Assembly (NCBI GenBank): GCA_963767925.1
Contig: CAVYGB010000010.1
Coordinates: 1,440,001 to 1,504,000 of the forward strand
Length of the DNA stretch: 64,000 nt
Direction: 5' to 3'
DNA from: an uncultured delta proteobacterium
Lineage (GTDB): Bacteria; Myxococcota_A; Polyangia; Fen-1088
In this document: one piece after another, positions 37,586 through 49,085 of the stretch
Layout: every line of letters starts with the position of its first letter
Position numbering within the stretch: the first letter of the stretch is position 1
The notes under the pieces: generated by a model
Databases searched by the model: none
What the model saw: the letters and a program-made list of their open reading frames with translations, nothing else
Told to the model about the DNA's origin: nothing
Position numbers and translations under genes: made by a program

Positions 37586-38428
37586 TTGGACTCCGCAAGC
37601 AAGCTCACCGTCGAGACACCGGAGCAGATTGGCCTCGAATTCGAGCTGGCCGGTCTCGGATCGCGCCTGCTGGCCGCGCTGATCGATTTCCTGTGCATGC
37701 TTGCGTTCCTGATAGCCGCGCTGGCCATCGCCTTCGGCGCCATCGAGAGCGGTCAGGAGAGCTGGAAGCAGGTGGCGGAGAACGCCAGCCAGCAGGCGCC
37801 CTGGACCCAGGGGCTGGGCGTCGCCGCCACCATCCTGGTCTTCCTGTCGATCTTCCTCGTGCAGTGGGGCTACTACATCATCTGCGAGATGGTCACGGGC
37901 GGCGCGTCCCCGGGCAAACGCGCGCTGGGGTTGCGGGTGATCCGGGACAACGGCCTGCCGATCGGCTTCGTCGCGTCGCTGCTGCGCAACCTGGTTCGCT
38001 TCGTCGACTTCCTCCCCTGGGGCTACGGAGTCGGCCTGGTGGCGGTGTTCGCCTCGGCCCGCGGGCAGCGGCTGGGGGACCTGGCGGCCGGCACGCTGGT
38101 GGTGAAGGTCGCTGCGCCGGCGGGGACGCTGGCCCTGGCGCCGCCCGACCCGCTGCCCGTCACCCTGCCCGCCCCGCGCCCGGTGCGACCGCCCGCCCTG
38201 CCTGCGCCCGCCTGGACTCCCGCCGGCGCCCCGGGCCTGACCCCCGACGAGCGCGACCTCGTGCTGCGGTTCCTCGCCCGCAGCGGCTCGCTCCTGCCCG
38301 AGGCCCGGCTCGCGCTGGCCCGCCAGATCGCCGCCCCCCTGGGCGCGCGGCTCGGCCGCAGCGGCGGCACCCTCGACGACGAGGCCTGGCTGGCGGCCCT
38401 CCTGCGCGACGGCGGTCCCCCGCCGTGA
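37586..38428 (+). CDS. RDD family protein
   Basis: VETPEQI..LAGLGSRLLAALID; GASPGKRALGLRV; QRLGDLAAGTLVV. Confidence 0.9.
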   Translation: MDSASKLTVETPEQIGLEFELAGLGSRLLAALIDFLCMLAFLIAALAIAFGAIESGQESWKQVAENASQQAPWTQGLGVAATILVFLSIFLVQWGYYIICEMVTGGASPGKRALGLRVIRDNGLPIGFVASLLRNLVRFVDFLPWGYGVGLVAVFASARGQRLGDLAAGTLVVKVAAPAGTLALAPPDPLPVTLPAPRPVRPPALPAPAWTPAGAPGLTPDERDLVLRFLARSGSLLPEARLALARQIAAPLGARLGRSGGTLDDEAWLAALLRDGGPPP

Positions 38429-39438
38429 CCAGCGAGGCCTTCGCCGCCCGGCGCGCCGCCGCCTGGCAACAGCTCGCGACCCTCACCGATCGGGCCGCGG
38501 GCCTCGGCCCGGCCGAGGCCCGCGAGCTGGCCGCGCTCTACCGGGCCAGCCTGGCCGACCTGGGGCTGCTGCGGACCCTGTCCGCGCGCGAGCGCGCGGC
38601 GAGCGGCTCCACCGTTACTGCCGTCGAGCCCCGCCTGCTGAGCTGGCTCAACGCCGTGGTGGCCCGGGCCCACGCCGTCGTCTACGTCAACCGGCGCGCC
38701 TCGCGCGTCGACCTGCTGGGGTTCTTCGCCCGCGAGCTGCCGGCCAGCATCCGGCGCGCCTCGCTCCGGCTGGCGCTGGCCGCCTTGCTCCTGTTCGGCA
38801 GCGGCGCCGCCGCCTACCTGATGGCCAGCGACGACGTGGCCCTGGCCCGCCTGCTGGCCGGCCCCCAGATGGCCCGCAACGCCGAGGGGTTCGCCCAGGT
38901 GGGCGAGGGCCGCTCCGAGGCGACCGACGCCGTGATGGCGGCGTTTTACGTCACCAACAACGTCCGCGTCGCCTTCGTCGCCTTCGCCCTCGGCATCACC
39001 TTCGGCCTCGGCACCCTGTGGGTGCTGGCCCAGAACGGCTTCGTCCTCGGCGTCACCCTGGCCCTGGTCGGCCACTACGGTTCGCTGGGCGGCTTCGTCG
39101 CCTTCGTCTCCTCCCACGCCCCGATCGAGCTGTTCGCGATCTTGCTGTCCTCGGCGGCCGGCCTCGGCATGGGGCACGCCCTGGTGGCCCCCGGCCCCCA
39201 CACCCGGGCCGTCGCCCTCAAGCTGGCCGCGCGCGAGGCCGCCGTGCTGGTGATGGGCGCCGCCTGCTTGCTGGTGCTTGCCGCCTTCCTCGAGGCGTTC
39301 CTCTCGCCCTCCGCCCTGCCCCCGGCGGCCAAACACGCCGTCGGCCTCGCAACGGTGCTCGCCCTGGTGCTGTACGTGCGCCGGGCGCCCCGCCCTCAGG
39401 GCGCGGTGCCGGCCGGGGGGGCCTCGCCCTCCGGCTGA
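38425..39438 (+). CDS. SpoIIM (DUF95) family membrane protein
   Basis: GTG overlapping RDD stop; YRASLADL; NNVRVAFVAFALG; NGFVLG; HAPIEL; AAFLEAFLSP. Confidence 0.9.
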   Translation: MTSEAFAARRAAAWQQLATLTDRAAGLGPAEARELAALYRASLADLGLLRTLSARERAASGSTVTAVEPRLLSWLNAVVARAHAVVYVNRRASRVDLLGFFARELPASIRRASLRLALAALLLFGSGAAAYLMASDDVALARLLAGPQMARNAEGFAQVGEGRSEATDAVMAAFYVTNNVRVAFVAFALGITFGLGTLWVLAQNGFVLGVTLALVGHYGSLGGFVAFVSSHAPIELFAILLSSAAGLGMGHALVAPGPHTRAVALKLAAREAAVLVMGAACLLVLAAFLEAFLSPSALPPAAKHAVGLATVLALVLYVRRAPRPQGAVPAGGASPSG

Positions 39439-40685
39439 TCTGGACGGATCGGATCGGTGGGGGCGTTCGCCCGCCGGGCCAGCAGCAGAAAGGGAATCGC
39501 CGCCACCTGGATCCCCGCCGCCACCAGGTACGACGCCGCGTACCCCTGCACGTCCGCCACCCGCCCGAGCACCGGCTGGATCGCCACCCCGCCCGCCGAC
39601 CCCATGAGGTTGTCGAAGGAGAGCACCGTCGCCCGCTGCGAGGAGGGGATGAGCCCGTTGAGGTAGGCCTGGCGCATCGGGTGGCCGACCGCCTCGGCCA
39701 GCTCGGCCAGCACGAGCAGGCCGATCACCAGCCAGAAGCTGCCGGTCATCCCGATCAGGGCCAGGGCGGCGATCCCGATGGCCACCGTCACGATCAAGGC
39801 CTCGGTCCGGCGGCGGAACAGGTGGCGCATCCGCGGCCCGATCAGCCCGCCCACTACCTGGCTGCCCGCCACGATGGCCGCCCCCAGCCCGGCCACCCCG
39901 AAGGCGCGCGCGTCGCCGTAGAGCTGCAGCAGGTAGGGCTGGAGCGCGTAGAAAGCGTAGATCCCCACCCCCATGGTGAAGGACTGCGACAGCATCAGCC
40001 AGCGCACGGGGCGGTTGCGCAGGCCGCTGTCGATAGAGGCCCGCAGGACGCCGCGCACGTGTTGCCCGAGGCGCTTGCTCCGGTCGGGCTGGAAGCCGAG
40101 GTCCTTCATGGCGACGAAGGCCACCCCCAGGGTCAGCGCCAGGAACAGCGAGCGCAGCAGGTAGGGCACTCCCAGGTTGCTGAGCTGGGCGACGAAGCCG
40201 CCCGCCACCGATCCCACCAGCATGGCCGCCCCGGTCACCGTCTGCCCCCGGGCCATCACCTTCTCGAGGTGCGGCCCGCTGCCGGTGGCGTCGAGGGCGT
40301 CGACCAGCCAGGCCTCGGTGGCGCCCGAGAAGAAGGTGAAGCCGAGCCCCATGAGGATCGAGGCCCCCGCCCAGCCGACCATGGGCGCGCGCAGCTTCCA
40401 CATCGCCAGGTACAGCAAGGTCGAGAAGAACAGGGTGAGGGCGCCCAGCAGAAAGGAGGTGCGCCGGCCCCAGCTATCGGCCACCACCCCGGTCGGCACC
40501 TCGAAGATCACCTGCCCGGCCGTGAAGAAGGCGTTGGCGGCGAAGGCCTCGGCGTTGCTGAGCCCGGCGTCGAGCAGAAAGAGGGTGTTGATCCCCCAGA
40601 TGAAGGAGGTCGCCAGGGTCGACAGCAACGTGAGGGTCAGGTACGTGCGCTGGACCGGCGCGCCCTGCTCGTTCAACGTCGCCAT
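39396..40685 (-). CDS. MFS transporter
   Basis: FEVPTGVVADSWGRRTS; FFSGATEAWLVDAL; IPSSQRATVLS. Confidence 0.92.
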   Translation of the reverse strand: MATLNEQGAPVQRTYLTLTLLSTLATSFIWGINTLFLLDAGLSNAEAFAANAFFTAGQVIFEVPTGVVADSWGRRTSFLLGALTLFFSTLLYLAMWKLRAPMVGWAGASILMGLGFTFFSGATEAWLVDALDATGSGPHLEKVMARGQTVTGAAMLVGSVAGGFVAQLSNLGVPYLLRSLFLALTLGVAFVAMKDLGFQPDRSKRLGQHVRGVLRASIDSGLRNRPVRWLMLSQSFTMGVGIYAFYALQPYLLQLYGDARAFGVAGLGAAIVAGSQVVGGLIGPRMRHLFRRRTEALIVTVAIGIAALALIGMTGSFWLVIGLLVLAELAEAVGHPMRQAYLNGLIPSSQRATVLSFDNLMGSAGGVAIQPVLGRVADVQGYAASYLVAAGIQVAAIPFLLLARRANAPTDPIRPDQPEGEAPPAGTAP

Positions 40686-40806
40686 GGCCTGCCACCCTAC
40701 CCCGTCCCCGCCGGCCGCGCCGGCGGGACTGCCACCGATAAAATCGGACCGACGCCGGGCCCCGCCCGACGGCGAAATGGTCCAGGATGGGCGGGCGAGG
40801 ATCCCC

Positions 40807-41547
40807 ATGCACCGTCCGGACTCGTTCCAGCGCTGGGCCGCGGTCGCCGCCATCTTGTCGGCGCCGCTGGCGATCGGCAGCCTGCTCGCCACCTTGCCGG
40901 CGATCGACTACGACTTCAGCACGCTGTCCGATCCGCTGCGCATCTTGCGGCGGGGGGCGGCGGCGGCCGGGTGGCTGCGGGCCAGCATGGCGCTCGACCT
41001 GTTCGGGTACTACCTGCTGATCGCGCCGCTCGTGCTGGTGCTGCAGGCCTGGCTGCAGCGGCGGGGGCCCACCTGGGCCCGCCTGTTCGCCGGCTGCCTG
41101 CTGGCCTACCTGGTGCTCGGCGCGGCCGGGGCGGCGGTGCTGGGGGCCGCCACCCCCCGGCTGCTGCTGGCCCACGCCGCCAGCAGCGGCGACCAGCGCC
41201 TGGCTGTCGAGGCGGTGTACAGCACCCTGTTCGATGCCGTGTACGGCGGCGTCTGGAACGTGCTCGAGGTGCTGCTGGCCGGGGTGGGCTGGCTGGGCTT
41301 CGGCTGGCTGCTGCGGCCCGAGCGGCCGGTCCTCGGCGTCGTCACCATGGTGCTGGGGGTGGCCTGCCTGCTCGACGCCGCCGGCCACCTCATCGGCTCG
41401 CGCACGCTCGCCGATCCCGGCCTCTACATCTACCTGCTGCTGGCCCCGGCCTGGGCGCTGGCCCTCGGCGTCTCGATCGCGCGCCGGCCGGTGCCCCAAG
41501 CTGGCGACGGCAACGGCAAACACCCCGGTCTGACCCGCCCCGCCTGA
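40807..41547 (+). CDS. DUF4386-like membrane protein
   Basis: About 6 hydrophobic helices; DLFGYYLL; family call tentative. Confidence 0.6.
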   Translation: MHRPDSFQRWAAVAAILSAPLAIGSLLATLPAIDYDFSTLSDPLRILRRGAAAAGWLRASMALDLFGYYLLIAPLVLVLQAWLQRRGPTWARLFAGCLLAYLVLGAAGAAVLGAATPRLLLAHAASSGDQRLAVEAVYSTLFDAVYGGVWNVLEVLLAGVGWLGFGWLLRPERPVLGVVTMVLGVACLLDAAGHLIGSRTLADPGLYIYLLLAPAWALALGVSIARRPVPQAGDGNGKHPGLTRPA

Positions 41548-41548
41548 T

Positions 41549-42958
<1,410 letters not shown>

Positions 42959-43022
42959 GTTCGGAAACGGCTCCCCTCTGCGGCGGCCATGGACGGATGC
43001 GGGCCGATGTTACTCCGGATAC

Positions 43023-43038
43023 AGCACACGGCATGCCA
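43023..43038 (-). promoter_or_regulatory. Putative sigma54 (-24/-12) promoter
   Basis: Minus strand TGGCATGCCGTGTGCT = GG-N10-GC, about 65 bp upstream of the regulator ATG. Confidence 0.55.
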
Positions 43039-43185
43039 GCCGCCTCGTCGCGCCGGCCGGAGGCGGAGCGCCCGGCGGGACGCGGACAGGCGACCGCCGC
43101 CGGACACCTGTCCGCCCTCCCCGGACGCCGGCCAGCGCGCCGGCCACCCGGAAGATTCCCATGGCGGCAGCGACTCGAAAACGTT

Positions 43186-46100
43186 ATGGAATCGACGTTG
43201 CGGAGCGGGGCTCTTTCCGGTCGCTGGGGTCTTGTCGCCGCCCTCCTGAGCACGGGGGTGGGGCAGGCGCTGGCCGCGCCCGAGGATCTCATCGGGGAGA
43301 CCCAGGTCTACTCCAACGAGGCCGCCCTGGCGCCCGCGCCCGCCCTCGCGGTGAAGCTGATCCAGGTGGCCCCCGGGCTGAAGGTGCAGCTCTGGGCCAG
43401 CGAGCCGCTGCTCGCCAACCCGGTCGCCTTCACCTTCGACGAGCGCGGGCGCGCCTTCGTTGTCGAGACCTACCGCCACACCGACGGCGCCCTCGACAAC
43501 CGCTCGCGCCTCAAGTGGCTGAGCGAAAGCTGGAAGGCCGCCGCCACCCCCGCCCAGCAGGCCGCCGTCGAGGACGCCTTGCTCGACGCCGAGGTCGGCG
43601 CCCGCACGGTGGCCGATCGCGCCGCCATGATCCGCACGTACATGGACCCGGCCTTCATGACCGCCAGCGCCGACCGGCTGACGCTGGTCGAGGACCGCGA
43701 CGGCGACGGCCTGGCCGAGCACAGCGGGGTCTTCGCCGGCGGCTTCGGCAGCGCCATCGAGGGGCTGGCGGCGGGCGTGCTCGCCCGCGGCGGCGACGTC
43801 TTCTTCACCGACATCCCGAACCTGTGGCGCCTGCGCGACAGCAACGGCGACGGCAAGGCCGACCAGCGCCAGGTAATGAGCACCGGCTACGGCGTGCGCT
43901 ACGCCTTCATCGGGCACGACCTGCACGGCCTGCGCATCGGCCCCGACGGGCGGCTGTACTTCTCGGTGGGCGATCGGGGGGCCCACGTCGAGCGGCCGGG
44001 CGGCAGCGCGATCGCCGCGCCCGAAGCCGGCTCGGTGTTCCGCTGCGAGCTCGACGGCTCGGGCCTCGAGCTCTACGCCAGCGGCCTGCGCAACCCGCAG
44101 GAGCTTGTGTTCGACGCCCACGGCAACCTGTTCACCGGAGACAACAACTCCGACGGCGGCGACCGGGCCCGCTGGGTGCATGTGGTGGAGGGGGGCGACA
44201 GCGGCTGGCGGGTCGGCTACCAGTACCTCGAGGAGCCGCGGCGGCGCGGGCCCTGGAACGCGGAGAAGATGTGGCACGAGCGCTGGGAGGGACAGCCCGC
44301 CCACCTGCTCCCGCCGGTCAAGCTGGTGGGCGCCGGCCCGGCCGGCGTCGCCTATTACCCGGGCACCGGCCTGGGCAAGCGCTGGGAGGGCCACTTCTTC
44401 CTGGCCGACTTCCGCGGGGGCCAGGCCAGCCTCAGCGGGGTCCACACCTTCACCGCCCGGCCCGAGGGGGCCAGCTTCGTGCTCTCGGAGCCGCAGGCCT
44501 TCGTCTGGGGGGCGCTGATCACCGACTTCGACTTCGGCCCCGACGGCGCCGCCTACTTCAGCGACTGGGTGCAGGGCTGGCCCAAGCCGGGCAAGGGCCG
44601 GCTCTGGCGGGTGTTCGACCCGGCGCTGGCCGGCGAGCCAGACGCCGCCGGCACCCGCCGCCTCATCGCCGAGGGGATGGGCGCCCGCTCGCCCGGCGCG
44701 CTGGCCGCCTTGCTGGGCCACGTCGACCTGCGCGTCCGCCAGGAGGCGCAGCTCGCGCTCGCCGCGCGGGGGGCCCTCGAGCCGCTCGAGCAGACCGCCC
44801 GCCGCACCGATCAGGCGCTGCTGGCCCGCTTGCACGCGGTGTGGGGGCTGGGGCAGCTCCTGCGCGCGGGCGGGAGGCGCGGAGCGGCCGGAGCCCAGGC
44901 GGCGGCGGGACAGCGGGCCGGGCAGGCCCTCGTGACGCTGCTGGCGGATCGGGAGACCGAGGTGCGGGTGGCGGCCGCGACGGCCCTCGGCGACGGGCGC
45001 CTGGCCGCGGCGCAGGCCGCGCTGGGGGCGCGCCTGGCCGACGAGAGCCCGCGGGTGCGCTTCGCGGCGGCGATCGCGGCGGGCAAGCTGGGCCGGCCGG
45101 AGGTGGTGCCGGCGGTGCTGGAGCTGCTGCGGGCGAACGCGGATCGCGATCCCTACCTGCGGCACGCGGGGGTGATGGCGCTGCTCGGCGCGGCCGACGC
45201 CGCGGCGCTGGCGGCGGCCGCGCGCGACGCCTCGCCGGCGGTGCGCCTCGCCGTCGTGCTGGCCTGGCGGCGGCTCGGGCGGGCCGAGGTGGCGGGGCTG
45301 CTGGCCGATCCGGATGCGCGGGTGGCCCGCGAGGCGGCCCGGGCCATCAACGACGAGCGGATCGAAGCGGCCAGCGCCGCGCTGGCGGAGGTGCCCCTGC
45401 CCCGCCGGCCGGATCCCGCGGTGGCCTGGCGGGTGATCAACGCCAGCTTCCGGGAGGGCAGCGCCGCGGCGGCCGCCCGCCTGGCTGGTTTGAGCGTGCG
45501 CCCCGACCTCGAACCCGACCTCCGCCGCGACGCCGTCGCCGCCCTCGGCGGCTGGGCCCGCCCCGGCAACCGCGACCGCGTCACCGGCCTGTGGCGCCCC
45601 CTGCCCGGCGCCGCGCCGAAGGCCACCCTCCTCGCCGTCCCGGTGGCCCCACCCGGCGGCACTCCGGCCACCGCGCCCGCGCCCGCCGCTGCCGCCAGCG
45701 CCGCGGCACCTGGCACCTCCGTCGCTCATGGCACCACCGCCCCGGCAGCAGCCCCCACCTCCGCGGCGCCTGCCACCCCCGCCGCCGCTCGCTCCGAGGC
45801 GGCCGTCGAGCCCACCCCCACCGGCCCGGTGCGCGACGGCGCGCCGGCGGCGGCTGCCCTGGCGCCGCGGCTCGGGCGGCTGGTGGGTCGGAGCACGCCC
45901 CCCGAGGTCCGGCTGGCGGCTGTCGACGCGGTCGAGCGCCTGCAACTCGGCGCGGCGGCCGCCCGGCTGCGGCCCCTCGTCGTCGACCGCAAGAACCCGG
46001 CGCCGCTGCGCCTGCGGGCGCTGGAGGCGCTCGGCGCGCTGAAGGCCTCCGGCCTGGCCACCACCGCCCGGCGGGCCGCCAGCGACCCGGACCAGCAGGT

Positions 46101-46839
46101 GCGGCTCGGCGCCCTGCGCCTGTCGCTGAGCCTCGATCCGAAGGCCGCCCCGGCCCGCCTGCGCCTCGTGATGGCCCGCGGCTCGACCCTCGAGAAGCAG
46201 ACCGCCGCCGAGCTGGCTGGCCGCCTCGACCCCGCTGCCGCCGAACCGCTGCTCGCGGCCTGGATGGACCGCCTGCTGGCCGGCAAGCTCCCCCCCGAGG
46301 TGCACCTCGATCTGATCGAGGCCGCCCGCCGCCACGGCAGCCCCGCCCTCGGCAAGAAGGTCGCCAGCTACGAGGAGCGGCTGCCCGCGGACGACCTCGG
46401 GCCCTACCGCATCGCTCTGCAGGGCGGCTCCGTCGAGCGGGGCCGGCACGTCTTCTTCAACCGGGCCGACGCCTCGTGCATGCGCTGCCACACGCTGCGC
46501 GGCGCCGGCAGCGACATCGGCCCCGACCTCACCGCCGTCGCCCGCACGAACAGCCGCGAGGCCCTGCTCGAGTCGATCGTCTTTCCCAGCAAGGCCTTCC
46601 CGCCCGGCTTCGAGTCGGTGATCCTCACCCTGAAGGACGGGTCGATCCAGGGCGGCGTGGTGAAGAAGGAGACCCCCGAAACGGTCGACCTGCTCTCGAT
46701 AGAGGGCCCCGCCACGGTGAAGAAGGGCGACATCCGCACCCGCGAGCGCGGCGGCTCGGGCATGCCCGACGGCTTCGGCCAGATCCTGTCGCGCCGCGAT
46801 CTGCGCGACCTGGTGGCCTTCCTCGCCACGCTCCGCTGA
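43186..46839 (+). CDS. PVC-type membrane-bound dehydrogenase-like protein (beta-propeller + HEAT repeats + cytochrome c)
   Basis: WASEPLLANPVAF, GHDLHGL..GPDGRLYFSVGDRG, GLRNPQEL, CMRCH, IGPDLT, SGMP. Confidence 0.9.
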   Translation: MESTLRSGALSGRWGLVAALLSTGVGQALAAPEDLIGETQVYSNEAALAPAPALAVKLIQVAPGLKVQLWASEPLLANPVAFTFDERGRAFVVETYRHTDGALDNRSRLKWLSESWKAAATPAQQAAVEDALLDAEVGARTVADRAAMIRTYMDPAFMTASADRLTLVEDRDGDGLAEHSGVFAGGFGSAIEGLAAGVLARGGDVFFTDIPNLWRLRDSNGDGKADQRQVMSTGYGVRYAFIGHDLHGLRIGPDGRLYFSVGDRGAHVERPGGSAIAAPEAGSVFRCELDGSGLELYASGLRNPQELVFDAHGNLFTGDNNSDGGDRARWVHVVEGGDSGWRVGYQYLEEPRRRGPWNAEKMWHERWEGQPAHLLPPVKLVGAGPAGVAYYPGTGLGKRWEGHFFLADFRGGQASLSGVHTFTARPEGASFVLSEPQAFVWGALITDFDFGPDGAAYFSDWVQGWPKPGKGRLWRVFDPALAGEPDAAGTRRLIAEGMGARSPGALAALLGHVDLRVRQEAQLALAARGALEPLEQTARRTDQALLARLHAVWGLGQLLRAGGRRGAAGAQAAAGQRAGQALVTLLADRETEVRVAAATALGDGRLAAAQAALGARLADESPRVRFAAAIAAGKLGRPEVVPAVLELLRANADRDPYLRHAGVMALLGAADAAALAAAARDASPAVRLAVVLAWRRLGRAEVAGLLADPDARVAREAARAINDERIEAASAALAEVPLPRRPDPAVAWRVINASFREGSAAAAARLAGLSVRPDLEPDLRRDAVAALGGWARPGNRDRVTGLWRPLPGAAPKATLLAVPVAPPGGTPATAPAPAAAASAAAPGTSVAHGTTAPAAAPTSAAPATPAAARSEAAVEPTPTGPVRDGAPAAAALAPRLGRLVGRSTPPEVRLAAVDAVERLQLGAAAARLRPLVVDRKNPAPLRLRALEALGALKASGLATTARRAASDPDQQVRLGALRLSLSLDPKAAPARLRLVMARGSTLEKQTAAELAGRLDPAAAEPLLAAWMDRLLAGKLPPEVHLDLIEAARRHGSPALGKKVASYEERLPADDLGPYRIALQGGSVERGRHVFFNRADASCMRCHTLRGAGSDIGPDLTAVARTNSREALLESIVFPSKAFPPGFESVILTLKDGSIQGGVVKKETPETVDLLSIEGPATVKKGDIRTRERGGSGMPDGFGQILSRRDLRDLVAFLATLR

Positions 46840-46970
46840 GGGCCACCCTCCGCTGAGGGGCCACCCTCCGGCGAGGCCGGCGACGCTCCGCTGAGGGGCC
46901 ACCCTCCGGCGAGGCCGGCGACGCTCCGCTGAGGGGCCACCCTCCGGCGAGGCCGGCGACGCTCCGCTGA
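46829..46970. repeat. 38-bp tandem repeat (3 copies plus partials) overlapping stop codon
   Basis: CGCTCCGCTGAGGGGCCACCCTCCGGCGAGGCCGGCGA; CCACCCTCC at 46861, 46899, 46937. Confidence 0.9.
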
Positions 46971-47097
46971 CCGACGAGCAGTGGCCTCAGCGTGGCGATC
47001 CTGCGCCGGAATCGTCACGGACCGGCAGCGAGTTCGACCATAAAAACGATGTTCAATGACAATTCCTTAGGGATTGGTTCCGTGCTCTGCTGCCCCA

Positions 47098-49014
47098 ATG
47101 CGCGTCATCGGCGGATTCGATAGGTTGCGTTGGTCTGGTCTCCTCGCGCTCGGCGCCCTCGCGGTGGCGGCCTGTGGCGCCGACCCGCCCACCCAGCCCG
47201 GCGGCGCCCCCGCCGAGCCGCCGCCGCCGACTGGCAACCCCGGCCGCCCGCCGACCACTCCCCCGCCGCCAGGCACCGTCGATCCGGCGCCCGCGACGCC
47301 GATGGGCATGGCGCCCGGCATGGTCACGCCGCCCACCCCGGGCAACCCGCCGGTCATCACCCCGCCCGCCCCGCCGATGGGCATGCCGCCCGCCGGTGGC
47401 GACGCCGGCGCCGTCGATCCGACCCCGGTGCCGCCGACCCCGCCGCCCCCCTCCGCCGCCATCACCTTCGACCCGCCCGGGGGCAACTTCCTCGGCAATC
47501 AGGCGGTCAAGCTGGTCGCCGGCGTGCCCGACACGGTCATCCGCTTCACCACCGACGGCTCGTTGCCGAGCGCCACCTCCCCGGTCTACAGCGCCCCCAT
47601 CATGCTGGCCCAGACCAGCATCGTGCGCGCGGTCGGCGAGAGCCCCACCGCCGGCAAGGGTCCGGTGGCCGCCGCCATCTACGTGCGGGCGGCCGACGAC
47701 GTCGCCACCTTTGAATCCAACCTGCCGATCGTGATGTTGCACAGCCACCGATCGGGCACCCTCAGCACCTCCATCGGATCGACCCTGGTCTCCGGCTCGG
47801 TCAGCGTGTTCGAGCCGGCCCCCGGCGGCAAGGTCAAGCTGGTCGGCCCCGCGTCCTTCACCAAGCGGGCCGGCGTGCGCATCCGGGGCAACAGCTCGCG
47901 CTCCTTCGCCCAGAAGAGCTACGGCTTCGAGCTGCGACAGGAAGGCACCGACACCGACGACGACCGCGCGGTGCTCGGGCTGCCGTCCGACTCGGACTGG
48001 AACCTCATCGCCCCCAGCCGCCCGGACCGCAGCCTGGTCCGCACCGCCGTCGCCTTCACCCTCAGCAACGAGATCGGGCGCTACGCCCCCCGCGTGCGCC
48101 TGGTCGAGGTCTTCACCGTGGAGAGCGGGGTCACCGGGGTGGTCAACCGCGCCGCCTACAAGGGCATCTACACGCTGACCGAGAAGATCAAGGTCGGCAA
48201 GAACCGCATCCGCATCGCCTCCATCGACCTCGGCGCGCGCAACGAGCCCGACGTCACCGGCGGCTATGTCTTCAAGATCGACCACCCCTTCGGGACCTCC
48301 CACTTCCGGGTGAACAACGTCTGCCACTGCGTGTTCGACCAGGCCAACAACATGCCCTTCCAGTTCGTCGATCCGGACTGGGACCTGTTGCCCGGCGCCA
48401 GCCGGACCGCCTTCTCCGGCTACCTGCGCACGTACATGCAGGAGTTCATCGACGCGGTCCGCGCCCCGGACTTCAAGCACCCCGGCAACGGCAAGCCCTA
48501 CACCGACTACATCGACGTGCCGGCCTTCATCGACCACAGCCTGCTCAACGGCGTCTTCAAGAACGTCGATTCGCAGCGCCTCTCGGCCTACTTCTACAAG
48601 GAGCGGGGCGGGAAGGTGTCGGCGGGCCCGATCTGGGACGTGGACCTGTCGTCCGGCACCCGCTACGACGACCAGTTCGGGGCCGGCCAGCGCCCGGTCA
48701 ACCCCCGCGAATGGAAGAGCGGCGACGGCACCGACACCGTCCGCTACGCCTTCTGGGGCCGCCTCTACGCCGACCCGGTCTACCAGGCGGCCTACAAGGC
48801 GCGCTTCGCCGAGCTGGTGACGGGCCCCTTCTCGGTGGCCCACATCCACGAGCTGATCGACAAGTTCGCGGCAGAGGTGCGCGAGGCCCAGGCCCGCCAC
48901 TTCGCCAGGTGGACCGAATACCCCCCGAACGGCGGGGCCCACGCCAACGAGATCCGCATCCTCAAGGACTGGTTCGCCGCCCGCATCCCCTGGATGACCG
49001 GCGAGCTGGACTGA
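47098..49014 (+). CDS. CotH kinase family lipoprotein with Fn3-associated/CHB_HEX_C domain
   Basis: VAAC lipobox; IRFTTDGSLP; IRGNSS..QKSYGFEL; YKGIYTLTEKI; KNVD; GPIWDVDL. Confidence 0.9.
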   Translation: MRVIGGFDRLRWSGLLALGALAVAACGADPPTQPGGAPAEPPPPTGNPGRPPTTPPPPGTVDPAPATPMGMAPGMVTPPTPGNPPVITPPAPPMGMPPAGGDAGAVDPTPVPPTPPPPSAAITFDPPGGNFLGNQAVKLVAGVPDTVIRFTTDGSLPSATSPVYSAPIMLAQTSIVRAVGESPTAGKGPVAAAIYVRAADDVATFESNLPIVMLHSHRSGTLSTSIGSTLVSGSVSVFEPAPGGKVKLVGPASFTKRAGVRIRGNSSRSFAQKSYGFELRQEGTDTDDDRAVLGLPSDSDWNLIAPSRPDRSLVRTAVAFTLSNEIGRYAPRVRLVEVFTVESGVTGVVNRAAYKGIYTLTEKIKVGKNRIRIASIDLGARNEPDVTGGYVFKIDHPFGTSHFRVNNVCHCVFDQANNMPFQFVDPDWDLLPGASRTAFSGYLRTYMQEFIDAVRAPDFKHPGNGKPYTDYIDVPAFIDHSLLNGVFKNVDSQRLSAYFYKERGGKVSAGPIWDVDLSSGTRYDDQFGAGQRPVNPREWKSGDGTDTVRYAFWGRLYADPVYQAAYKARFAELVTGPFSVAHIHELIDKFAAEVREAQARHFARWTEYPPNGGAHANEIRILKDWFAARIPWMTGELD

Positions 49015-49085
49015 CGCCCGCCTCGCGGGTGCGCGCGCCCCGACGTCGCTGGACGGGGCGCGCGGGGCCCGGGTAAGACGCGGGG

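Noticed and set aside
38425..39438. Endospore sporulation function from SpoIIM/CotH/spherulin names
   Set aside because: These families are widespread in non-sporulating bacteria; names alone are not evidence
46829..46970. CRISPR array
   Set aside because: Head-to-tail 38-bp repeat with no unique spacers
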